NCBI GenBank assembly: GCA_030390025.1
Contig: CM059431.1
Coordinates: 147,562,001-147,622,000, forward strand
Source of the DNA: Squalus acanthias
Taxonomy: Eukaryota
DNA: 60,000 bases
Reading direction: 5' to 3'
How positions within the stretch are numbered: the first letter of the stretch is position 1; every line of letters starts with the position of its first letter. Both the position numbers and the translations under genes were made by a program. Below are positions 48,781 through 60,000 of the stretch, one piece after another. The notes under the pieces were generated by a model. It did not search any database. It saw only the letters and a list, made by a program, of their open reading frames with translations, and was not told the DNA's origin.

Positions 48781-49461
48781 ACGTCCAAGGTTCCTCCATC
48801 ACTGTCTCTGGGTATGTGCTGTCCCACCTCCAGGACAGACCTCCAAGAAGTGCCAACACAGTGGTATACAGTCGTGAAGGTGTGGTACTGGGAGTATTCT
48901 ACATTTACTTCGGACCTCATGAAGTCTCATGCCATCAGATCAAACATGGGCAAGAATCCTTCTGCTGATTATCACCCACCGACCTCCGTCAGTGAGGAAG
49001 AAGTACTCTTTCATGTTGAACACCACTTGGAAGAAGCACTGAGGTTAGCAATGACACAGAATGTTCTCTGAGAGGCGGACTCAAATGCCCAAAACTGTCT
49101 CAGTAGCACCGCTACTGACTGATTTGGCCGACTCCAGAAGTACATAGCTGCCAGACTTAGCTTGGAGCAGGTTGTGAGAGAAATAACACGATGGAAAACC
49201 TACTTGACCTCGTCCTCAACAATTTACCTGTCGCAGATGCATCAGTCCATGGCAGGATATTTAGGAGGGACCACCGCACAGTCCTTGTTGAGACGAAGTG
49301 ACGTCTATACACTGCGGACAACCTCCAATGTGTTGTGTCGCACTACCACCTTGCTAAATGATTCAGAACAGATTTAGCAGCTCAAAACTTAGCTTCTACG
49401 AGGCACTGTGGGCCATCAGCAGCAACAAAATTGTATACCAACACAATCTGTAAAGTCATGG
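48781..49461 (+). mobile_element. LINE family B, plus arm part 1 (resumes at 51733)
   Basis: Colinear with 31351-32035. Confidence 0.82.
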
Positions 49462-49531
49462 TGTAAGATTATCATGCATTAATTGGATTCTAGAATATTG
49501 ATTTAATATCTTATAATAATAAATATCTATA

Positions 49532-50565
49532 ATCATAGAATGGTTACAGCACAGAAGGAGGCCATTCGGCCCGTCGAGCCCCTGCTGGCTCTCTGCAAGC
49601 GCACTTTAGCTAGTCCCACTCGCCCGCCCTTTCATCGTAGCCCTGCAATTGTTTTCCTTCAGGTACTTATCCAATTCCCTTTTGAAAGCCCCGATTGAGT
49701 CTGCCTCCACCAGCATTTCAGGCAGTGCATTCCATATTCTAAGCACTCGCTGCATAAAAAAGTTAGTTCTCATGTCGCTTTTGTTTATTTTGCCAATCAC
49801 CTTAAATCTGTGTCTTCTGGATCATCGACCCTTCCGCCAATGGGAGCAGTTTCTCTCTATCTACTCTATCTAGACTCCGCATGATTTTGAATATATCTGT
49901 CAAATCTCCTTTCAACCTTCTCTGCTGTAAGGAGAACAACCCCAGTGTTTCTAGTCTGTCCACGTACCTGAAGTCCCTCGACCCTGGAACCATTCTCAGA
50001 ATTATTTTCTGTAACGACTCTAAGGCCTTCACATCCTTCCTAAAGTGCGGCGCCCAAAATTGGACACAATCCTCCAGTTCATGCCGAACCAGTGTTTTAT
50101 AAAGGTTCATTATAACTTCCTTGCTTTTGTACTCGATGCCTTTATTAATGAAGCCCAGGATCCCGTATGTTTCTTTAACCGCTTTCTCAACCTGCCCTGC
50201 CAACTTCAACTACTTGTGCACATATGCCCTCAGGTCTCGCTATTCATGCACCCACTTTAGAATTGTGCCCCTTAGTTTATATTGCCTCTCTTCGTTCTTC
50301 GTACGAAAATGTAACACTTCGCACTTTTCTGCATTAAATTTCATTTGCCACATGTCCGCCTATTTCACCAACCTGTCTATGTCTTCTTGAAGTCTATCAC
50401 TATCCTCCTCACTGTTCACTATACTTGCCAGTTTTGTGTCATCTGCAAATTTTGAAATTGTTCCCTGTATACCCAAGTTCAAGCCATTAATATATATCAA
50501 GAAAAGCAGTGGTCCTTGTACCGACCTCTGGGAACACCACTGTATAACTGCCTCCAGTCCAATCA
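49532..50565 (-). mobile_element. CR1 fragment (RT C-terminal half to 3' UTR)
   Basis: KFADDTKL, LYKTLVRHELEDCVQFWAP. Confidence 0.9.
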
Positions 50566-50589
50566 TCTGTAATGAGGTGATAATCATGT

Positions 50590-50898
50590 ACATAGATACA
50601 TAGAAGAGTACAGCACAGTACAGGCCCTTCGGCCCTCGATTTTGTGCCGAGCATTGTCCGAGACCAAGATCAAGCTATCACACTCCCTATCACTCTGGTG
50701 TGCTCCATGTGCTTATCCAATAACCGCTTGAAAGTTCCTAAAGTGTCCGACTCCACTATCACAGCAGGCAGTCCATTCCACACCCCAACCACTCTCTGAG
50801 TAAAGAATCTACCTCGGACATCCCTTCTATATCTCCCCCCATGCACCTTATAGTTATGCCCCCTTGTAACAGCTGTCTCTACCCGAGGAAATAGTCTC
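50590..50898 (-). mobile_element. Short CR1-type 3' fragment, different subfamily
   Basis: catagatacatagaa...ggcccttcggccc 3' signature; FFTQRVVGVWNGLP-like end. Confidence 0.7.
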
Positions 50899-51732
50899 TG
50901 TAAGAATTAAATGGAGAAATCTGTTATCATCATTTTTATGCAATAGTAACCTGAATTATATATATGTAATCATTTTGCTTTTAATTAAAATTCTGTACAT
51001 ATGCTGTAACCAGACAGCCTGGGTGAGAAAGAGGATTGCTATAGCCGAATAGGGAGTCTGTGGGTGAAAGGTGGATATTAGCCACAGTAAGGATTATATA
51101 TAGAGTGCAGCTAGCCTGTGAAGCATGGTCAGGTGTAGCTGCCACTGTTTTGGAATGTTACGATTTCTGCAGTGGAACTAAACATAAGCCTTTCACAGAA
51201 ACAGCAAGGACGCCATATCTCTGCATTCTGGAGGCATGTTCCGTTGTATTGCCATAACTACACCAAATGTGAGTCTTGTTGGTCAAAAACAGTTGATATA
51301 ATATTCTCATAATATAGAACCTGCGTAAGCCAAGTTGGTGCCGACGTGGCATCTCTTGTGATTGGATTTGGGGGCTTTTGGGTGTCAGCATGCGATTGGT
51401 TCAGTAAGACTCCAAAAGATTTTGAATGAGAGTAAATGTACAACAAGGGGATCTTAACAGACACAAAGTGTAGAAGATTTCAGGAAGATTCAAGGAGACA
51501 CCCGGAAGAAAAAGAGGGAAGAGCGACCAGAGACACAGGGTGCAGCTAAATCACGGTTGCGCTTCTACCCATAGGATAACGGAGTAATGTAAGTCTCAAG
51601 TGTCCTCCGTAAACTACTGCTCGAATACTGTCATGTATTAAGCCATGCTTGTGCTGAATAAAGAGAAATTACTGTCCCCAGTACGGTTCAACCTCGAATC
51701 ATTTGAAACCAGGTTCCCTCTGCGATCTTATA

Positions 51733-52065
51733 AAGGCCCGGCATATCCATCACTCTGCCATTACCATCAAACCAGGGGAACATCCCTGGTTCAATGAAGA
51801 GTATAGAAGAGCAGGCCAGGAGCAGCACCAGACGTACTTGAAAATGTGATGCCAATCTGGTGAAGCTACAACACAGGACTACATGCATGCTAAATAGCGG
51901 TGCAGCATGATGAGACTGAGCTAAGCGACCCCACATCCAATGGATCAGATCAAAGCTCTGCAGTCTTGCCACAGCCAGTCATAAATGGTTGTGGACAATT
52001 AAACAACTAACCGGAGGAGAATGATCCATGAACAACCCCATCCTCAATGAAGTCAGAGCCCAGCA
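51733..52065 (+). mobile_element. LINE family B, plus arm part 2
   Basis: Colinear with 32035-32365. Confidence 0.8.
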
Positions 52066-52089
52066 AGGACGTATATAATTGCAGAAAGA

Positions 52090-53100
52090 CTGATTTACTC
52101 TTATATTCCAATCCGTTTTTAATAAAAGCTAATACACCATTTGCTTTCCTAATTGCTTGCTGCACCTGCAGGCTAACTTGCAGTGTACAAGGACACCCAG
52201 TTCACTATGAATTCCAACATGACCCGATCTCTCACCAGTTAAAAATATTCAGTTTTTCTATTTTTCTTACCAAAGTGGATAACGTCACACTTCTCCATCT
52301 TATATTCCATCCGCCATGTTCTTTCCCAATCACTTAACCTGTCTATATCGCTTTGCATCATCTTTGCATCTGCCTCACATCTTACTTTCACACTCAACTT
52401 TGTACCATCAGCAAACTCGGATTCATTTGACACATTTGACCTCCAATTCATTCAATGTATTTTTTAAACCCCATACGTTAGTATATAACACACTTATTTG
52501 ACCTGATGCGGTCTTTCTTACACCGTTTAACTTAACAGCTTTCTTATTTGTCTCGCCTGCTGTAACTACTTTAATTATTTTAGTACTCTCTTCACTGGAG
52601 TAGTACGTCCTGACCTGAAATCTGCTCTTATCATTTATTATCGTTCAATTATCATTTTTAATGTTGTTTATGACTGAAACCTCCCTCCACCCCATTTATG
52701 AGTTTAATGTATTTTTGCCTCGCTATTTAGACTTTCCACTAGGACCTTGGTTCTATCGTGGTTCAGGTACAACCTGTTCCAACGGTACAGCTATCTCTTT
52801 GCCCTGTAATGGTAGCAGTGTCCCATGAAATGGAACCGCTCCCTCCCACACCACTCATCCAGCCACGTGTTCAACATTCTGGTCTGTTTGTCTCTGTGAC
52901 AATTAGCACGTGGCCCGGGTACTATTCCTGAGATTAGCACGCTTGTAGACCTGGTTTATAATTTAGCTCCTCACTCCACATAATCCCTCAGCAAGATACC
53001 GCCCTTTTTGCCCTTTGTCACTTGTCCCGACATGAACCATGATGAACCTCGCTTTCCAAATTCATTTGCCGCATCGAGTTACCCCTTATCGTGGCAGCAT
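52090..53100 (-). mobile_element. Old CR1 fragments (RT end 52090-52450; decayed ORF1 esterase 52680-53100)
   Basis: EFADGTKL...WRMEYKMEKCDVIHFG; LNTWLDEWCGRERFHFMGH resembles ORF1 at ~43000. Confidence 0.7.
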
Positions 53101-54846
53101 CTTGTGGTTAAACGGGGACAATGAACCCGGGAATTTCAGTTAATCCTCCCTCTGTGTGTGAGGACCCGCTCTGGGAGGGAACTTCCGTAATCTCCGCAAA
53201 AACATTCGCGCAAGTTATACCTGAAATCGTTGCAGACGCAGTTTAATTGGAAATAAAGTGAGAGACTGCCCTCTCCTATGAATTAGGAGTAAAGGAACAT
53301 TTAAACTGGTAACGGGATAGAATAAACTCTCCTTGTTTCATAACTTCCCGGGGGACGGATTTTACAACAGCAGTCAGCGTCGTTTCCAATTCCATTTTGC
53401 AATTTACTATTGAATCTGCCCCCACCACTCTTTCAGGTATTGCATTGCCGATCACATCAACTCTCTGTACAAAAAGAAGTTTCCTCATGTCGCCTCTGGT
53501 TCTTCTATCAATTACCTTGAAATACGCAATCATTTTTGGAACGGTGCGTGTAAATATGAGTGGAGCTATTTGCTCGTGTGGAAGATAAAGAAAGCCATTG
53601 ACTGGTTGGGCGGAATGGATTGTTTCCGTTTTGTAACATCGATGTATTTTTGTGTACATTGAGGTTCCACGGTTTAGCATTAGTATTAGGACACTGGGAA
53701 AATGATTGGGAATCTCAGAGTGTCAGAGCACTGAGGCTAGACCTGGGATCAGGCAACACTGGGAATAGGCAACACTGGGAATGTGTCCTAAAGGTTTGTG
53801 AACATCGAGAACGGCTCTGGTGTCAGGTAGTTGGGGCAAATATGAAACATGGCTTTCTGGGATCCAGAAATTCGAACATCTTAGAATGTACATGTGTCTT
53901 TGAAAGATTTAGTCAACTATTCAGAGGTTAAAAATATTCATGTAAACCCAAGTTTTTGAGACATCCTGAGGCTTTGAAGGTAAATCTTCATGGAAGGCCC
54001 TAAAGTAAATATTTAATACAATGCAATCATTAGATTGACTGATGTTGATGCGAAAATGATTTTTTTGTTTTTATTTAGAACCTCATTTTGAAGATTGGAC
54101 ATTTCAGTTACTGAAAAAAACGACAGACATTATTTTCACAAAGCTCTTTGATTAATTTGATTGATTGATCACGAAACTTGTTTCTGTGCCGGCTCTGTGA
54201 AAGAACCTCCATTTAGTCGCACTCCTCTGCTCCTTCTCATAGCCCTGCACAATTTCCCCTTGAAGTATTTATCGAATTAATTTTGAAAGTTACTATTGAA
54301 ACTGCTTCCACCACCCTTTCAAAGCACTGCATTCCAGATCATATCAACCCGCTGCGAGAGACAAATTCACCTCATCTTCTCTCTGGTTCAATGGCTAATT
54401 CACTTAAAAATAAACATCTTTGCATATCTTGATTTTATATTATTATTTGTGGTCATGAATCGAGGTAAATGGCAATTTGGGAAGCGGAAATGTGGATTTG
54501 GCTTCTCTGTGATACAGGCGGAGGAGCTGGGAGACGTCAAACTGTGGCTCTGCAGCACCACCACTGAAAGGAGCGTGTAATTACAGCATGACTGTCATAA
54601 AAGTGAACAGAATGTAGCGAATCAATAGAGATGTACAATTTCCAACAAAGGACAGATAAACGTAACACCTTGTCGAGTCTCCGAGAAACATCTTAATGCA
54701 CTTGACACAGCTTATTTTGGAGGTGCAGGGAGTATTATGCCTGCACACCAGCAGCAGTGATGAGATCGGACAGGATGCAGTGATGCCGCTCAATAAAGGG
54801 ATTGGGGCAAGTGGCATTTGGAGGGCAAATGACCAGGTGGCCTCCT

Positions 54847-55811
54847 TCACGTATCTCCAGGGCAGTCCTCAGTTGTTGCATCTGCCAGTGTTTTCCAGTA
54901 GATCAGCAGCTCGGAGGGTTTCACCCTGTGCGAGGTCACGAGTTTACAAAAGGCACAAACAGAAAACGGGACCTTTGAAATGTGGAATGTTTGCCGCGAG
55001 TGGATTTCCACCGGCGCTATCTTCAACTTAGCCAGACAGAGACCGACGAAAACGTCCTCGAGTTTCAATTTGAGGATGGTATTCACAACGTTCCAAACTC
55101 GGCAGGCAACATCGGTCGAGAGCACATACCCAGTGCCGGAGTAGTACGGCGGATAGGTTTCCAGAGGGTATTCCTGTTCGCTCACGTACCATTTACTGGA
55201 TTTGTCCCTGACGGGTCTTGGAAGTCTCTGTATGTAGCCGGTGTAGATGTTCCTGCGATGGTTCGCGACAAGAGATCTCTTAAATAATAAACGTTAACAA
55301 AAATGTCTGAATCGGTTTTCATCACAAAGGAGGCGGACGGACAAAATCGGCTCACCCATTCCAGGCCCATCAGCACCTTTTTGGTCAGGTTGTAATAAGT
55401 GTCGCTGAACTCCTTCTGTATGATGTCTTTGTGCAGCAAATCTTCCTCTAGCAGATGCTCCTGATGCTCCCGGCTGTACCCGAGCAGGAAATAGGTCACG
55501 ACCCTCTTGCCATGTGTTGTTCGCTCTCTCCCCCAGATCTGGCGAATGACCGAGCGAGCATTGAACTGGTGCTGGGCACTGGTGACGAGAAAGACTAGGA
55601 ATGAGGGACTGATATCACATTTCCTATCGGGTCGCAGTAAATAGGAAGTGTCATTTAATTCTTTGTAATGACAAGGGTCAGGAATGTTGCGGTGTAAATA
55701 TCCAAATATAATACGTGTCACCAAAATGATCACACAAAAAAAATAAACTTTTTTTGGACGTAATTTGAAACAAGATATTGCACCAGAAAATATCTTCATG
55801 TTTTGAATCAA
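54847..55811 (-). pseudogene. B3GALT5: Beta-1,3-galactosyltransferase 5-like (GT31), single coding exon, one frameshift
   Basis: N-terminal TM, RSVIRQIWG, DTYYNLTKK, FVMKTDSD (DxD), YPPYYSGTGY, EDVFVGLCL; ATG 55797-55799 after acceptor ttttgttttatAG. Frame shifts at ~55263, after which NHRRNIYTGY...RDKSSKWYVSEQEYP is continuous. Confidence 0.8.
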
Positions 55812-56239
55812 CTATAAAACAAAATAAACACGTTGATTTTGGTGGAATCCGGGTAATGCAAGGGGAAACACTTTCCAGTTTAAGATTATTTGGCTCGATT
55901 AGTAACATAGGAATAGGAGGAGGTTTTTCAGCCCATCGAACATATTCTGCCATTCAATTGGATAATGGCTGATCTGTATCTGATCTCCATTTACTCGCCT
56001 TGGTACTGTTAACGTTAATGCCGAATCATCATAGCAGATCTTAACTTGTTGGTCTGGTGTTCCTCTGTCCCTGACTTTAACACAAAGTAACTGGTTTAAT
56101 TTAATACGTTGAAGTCGCAACTAACATAATAAAAATCGAAGGTCACAGGAAGGTCTGAACGGGTGTTCATCTTGTCAGCAGTGACTTTTAAATACGGTAG
56201 AAAGAATAAAGGTTTGATGGTAGAAAAAATGCTGATCCA

Positions 56240-56740
56240 AAGCTCGAAACCGAGGAAGCCCAAAGATAGAAACAGTTGAGGTTCAAAGCTGGAAAATATG
56301 GAGGTCTAAAACTAGAAACAGTGAAGGTACAAATCTAGAATCACTGGAGTTTCAAAGCTAGAAAGAGTGCTGGTCCAAAACTAGAAACAGTGGAGATCCA
56401 AAGCTAGAAAATATGAAGGTCTAAAACTAGAAACAGTGAAGGTCCAAAGCTAGAAACAGTGGAGATCCAAAGCTAGAAACAGTGGAGATCTAAAGCTAGA
56501 AACAGTGGAGGTCCAAATCTAGAAACAGTGGAGATCTAAAGCTAGAAACAGTGGAGGTCCAAAGCTAGAAACAGTGAAGGTCCAAAGCTAGAAACAGTGG
56601 AGGTCCAAAGCTAGAAACAGTGAAGGTCCAAACCTAGAAACAGTGGTGGTCCAAAGCTAGAAAAAGTGGAGGTCCAAATCTAGAAATACTGGAGGTTCAA
56701 AACTAGAAAAGCGGAGGTCCAAAGAGACTTAGGAGGTCCA
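56240..56740. repeat. 23-bp minisatellite (ggtccaaagctagaaacagtgga), ~20 units
   Basis: agaaacag at 56521, 56544, 56567. Confidence 0.92.
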
Positions 56741-56754
56741 TGCATATAGATCGT

Positions 56755-57100
56755 CAAACTTTCATGGGGAAGTACAGAAACGAATTAAAAATGGTAATGG
56801 AATGCTGACCTTTATATCTAGAAGACTAGAATAGAAGGGGGAAGAAGTTATGCTACATCTATACGAAGCCCTCGTTAGACCATACCTGGAGTAATGTAAG
56901 CAGTTCTGGGCACCACACCTTAGAAAGGACATATCGGCAATCAAGGATTGTTAATGTTAATTTTAAATCAGGAATTGATAGATTTATATTATATGGGGCA
57001 AAGGCGAGTATCTGGAGTTAGGTTACAGATCAGCCGTGATCTCATTGAATGATGAAACAGGCTCCATGGGCCAAATGTCCTACTCTTGGTCCTATGTACC
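56755..57100 (+). mobile_element. CR1 3' fragment with internal deletion
   Basis: NGMLTFISRRLE...LYEALVRPYLE; CR1 3' UTR ending cctactcttggtcctatg. Confidence 0.75.
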
Positions 57101-57231
57101 TAGTAGGAAGCCGATACCGTTCTTATAACCATGATTACTGTTTAGATTAAACAATTTAGGGAATATTGTAACGTGGGTTGTCATTTGGGCAGTGCGTTAT
57201 CAAAGCAAATTTCGTTCCACTCAAAGGATCA

Positions 57232-58072
57232 TCGAATCATAGAATAGTACAGCACAGAAGGAGACCATTCGGCCCATCGGGTCTGTGCTGGCTCTTTCGA
57301 AGAGCTATCCAGTTAGTCACATTTCCCCGCTCTTCCCGCATATCCTTGCATTTGTTTCTTCTTCAGCTATTTTTCCTATACCCTTTTGAAAGCTACTATT
57401 GTATCTGTATCCATCCCCTATCAGGCTGAAAAAAGATTTTTCCTCAAGTAGATTCTGGTTCCTTTGCCAATCACCTTAAATCTGTCGTTATCGATCATTC
57501 AGCCATTGTAAACAGTTTATTTTTATTTACTGTACCTAAACCCTTCATGGTTTGAAGCACATCTACCAAATATCCTCTTGTCGTTCTCTGCGCTAATGAG
57601 AACAAACCCAGAATCTAAAGTCTATCAACTTAACTGTATATCCCTCATCCCTGGAGCCATTCTAGTAAATCTCTTCTGCGCGCTCTACAAAGCCTTCACG
57701 TTCTTCCTAAAGCGTGGTTCCCATAATTGGACACAATACTGCAGCTGCGGCCGAACTGGTGTTTTATAAAGGTTTAGCATAACTTCTGGGCTTTTGTACT
57801 CCATGTCATAGAGTCGTAGAGTCATGGAGTCATTACAGCACGGAAGGAGGCCATTCGGCCCATCGAGTCCATGCTGGCTCACTGTGAAGCAATCCAGTCA
57901 GTCCCATTCACCCGAGCTATCCCCGTCGCCCTGAAAGTTTATGTCCCTCTAGTGCCTATCTAATTTCCTTTTGAAATCATTCATCATCTCCGGTTCCTCC
58001 AGCCTCATCAGCAGGGAGTCGCTGATCATTACCACTCGCTGCTTAAAAATGTTCTTCCTCGCATCCCCCCTG
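57232..58072 (-). mobile_element. Two stacked CR1 3' fragments
   Basis: catagaa...ggccattcggccc 3' signatures at ~57238 and ~57810; LYKTPVRPQLQYCVQLW. Confidence 0.8.
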
Positions 58073-60000
58073 TATAGAAACATAGAAACATAGAAGATAG
58101 GAGCAGGAGTAGGCCATTCGGCCCGTCTAGCCTGCTCCGCCATTCAATGCGATCATGGCTGATCATCCAAATTCCGAACGCTGTCCCTGCCTTCTCCCAT
58201 ATCCCTTGATCCCCTTAGCCTTAAGAAAATTATTCAACTCCTTCTTGAATATATTTAATGAATTGGACTCTATTGCCTTCTGTGGTAGAGAATCCATATG
58301 TTCAACAGCTTCTGGGTGGAGAAATCCCTCCTCATTTCTGTCCTAAATGGCTTACCCCTTATCCTTAGACTGTGACCCCTTGTTCTGGACTCCCCGACCA
58401 TCGGGAACATCCGTCCTGCATCTTGTCTGTCCAGACCTGTCAGAATTTTATAAGTTTCAATGAGATCCCGTCTCATTCTTCTAAACTTCAGCGAGTATAA
58501 GCCCAATCGACCCAATCTCTCCTCATACGTCATTCCTGCCATCGCAGGTATCAGCCTGGTGAATCTTCGCTGAACTCCTTCCATGGCAAGAACCTCCTTC
58601 CTCAGATAAGGCGAGCAAAACTGCACACAATACTCAAGATGTGATCTGACCAAGGCCCTGCACAACTGCAGCAAGACATCCTTGTTCCTGTACTCAAACC
58701 CTCTCGCTACGAAGGCCAACATACCATTTGCCTTCTTAACCACCTCCTGCACCTGCATGCTTACCTTCAGCGACTGGTACACAAGGAGACCCAGGCCTCG
58801 TTGCACTTCCCCTTTTCCCAATCTATTGTCCATTCAGATAATAATCTGCCTTCCTGTTTTTGACACCAAAGTGGATAACCTCGCATTTATCCACGTTATA
58901 TTGCATCTGCCATGCTTCTGCCCAATCACCCAACCTGTCCAAATCATCCTGGAGTTTCTTAGCATCCTCCTCACAGCACACACGCCCACCCAGCTGTGTG
59001 TCGTCTACAAACTTGAAGATATTACATCTATTTCCCTTGTCTAGATCATTAATATATATTGTGAATAGCTGGGGTCCAAGGACCGATCCCTGCAGTACCC
59101 CACTAGTCACTGCCTGCCACTCGGAAAAAGACCCGTTTATCCCAACTCTTTGCTTTCTGTCTGCCAACCAGTTCTCCATCCAAGTCAATATCTTGCCCTC
59201 AATCCCATGTTCATTAACTTTACACGCTAATCTCTTATGCGGGACCTTATCGAAAGCCTTTTGAAAATCCAAATATACCACATCCACTGGTTCTCCCTTA
59301 TATATTTTACCAGTTACATCTTCAAAAAATTCCAGTAGATTAGTCAAGCACGATTTACCTTTTGTAAAGCCATGTTGGCTTTGTCCGATCCTGTCACTGT
59401 TTTCCAAGTGCTCTGCTATTAATCTTTTATAATGGACTCTAGCATTTTCCCCACGACCGATTTCTCTCTGCCACTAGTGGGGTAACATTAGCTACCCTCC
59501 AATCCATGGGTATTGTTCCAGATTCCATCGAATGTTGGAAGATGATCAGCAATGCATCTGCTATTTCTAGGACCACTTCCTTAAGTACCCTAGGATGTAG
59601 ATTATCAGGCCCTGGGGATTTATCGGCCTTCAATCCCGTCAATTTCACTAACACCATTTCCCTACAAATACTGATTTCTTTCAGTTTCTCCCTTGCATCA
59701 GACCCTATGTTCCCCGACATCTCTGGGAGGTTATTTGTGTTCTCCTTTGTGAAGACAGAACCAAATATGTATTTAATTGGCCTGCCATTTATTTGTTCCC
59801 CATTATAAGTTCCCCTGATTCTGACTGCAAGAGACCTACGCTTGACTTCACCAATCTTTTTCTCTTCACATATCTATAAAAGCTTTTACAGTCAGTTTTT
59901 ACGTTCCCTGATGCTTCCTCTCATTTTCTATTTTCCCCTTCTTAATTAATCCCTTTGTTCTCCTTTGTTCAATCCTAAACTGCTCCCAATCTTCAGGATT
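58073..60000 (-). mobile_element. CR1 LINE ORF2 (RT) and 3' UTR, frameshifted, continues past window end
   Basis: KSPGPDNLHPRVLKE, YLDFQKAFDKVPH, GVLQGSVLGP, KFVDDT; (tttctatg)n tail. Confidence 0.95.

Larger units (their letters stand above)
49462..51732 (+). mobile_element. Probable solo LTR with nested CR1 fragments
   Basis: Starts TGTAAGA, ends TCTTATA (6/7 inverted match); flanks atgg/aagg; TATA-like ~51095, AATAAA ~51657; splits a LINE that is contiguous in copy A. Confidence 0.65.
35871..52065. repeat. Segmental duplication copy B (expanded by insertions)
   Basis: Colinear with 22580-32365 apart from insertions at ~36990-37448, 39434-44325 and 49462-51732. Confidence 0.9.

Noticed and set aside
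50899..51732. Stand-alone LTR starting at the internal TGTAAGA at 50899
   Set aside because: No TSD at that boundary; paralog comparison places the true left end at 49462.

Overview
Eukaryotic vertebrate DNA, very probably a cartilaginous fish (shark). This rests on HE1/V-SINE-like elements, CR1 LINEs with an esterase ORF1, and two-exon GPR139-like receptor genes. Bases 1-21.6 kb are dominated by tandem arrays (49, 36/37, 35, ~60 and 67 bp units, plus GA/CT microsatellite); at least two of these arrays are amplified pieces of LINE 3' ends. Embedded in them are Penelope-like fragments carrying minimal hammerhead ribozymes, a promoter-like island at ~4.7 kb, and three phase-compatible minus-strand exons (19.6, 17.4, 16.9 kb). 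Their spliced product resembles the P2X7 'ballast'/nanor-type zinc domain and is not represented as a whole in the ORF track. Bases 21.7-60 kb are more AT-rich and LINE-dense. They hold a tandem segmental duplication with one intact GPR139-like GPCR (320 aa) and one triply inactivated pseudogene whose intron carries a TIR element with a near full-length CR1 nested in it. Also present are a solo LTR with nested CR1 pieces, head-to-head LINE arms, and a frameshifted B3GALT5-like galactosyltransferase. No prokaryotic features (CRISPR, operons) are supported. All family assignments come from motif recognition by eye, not database searches.
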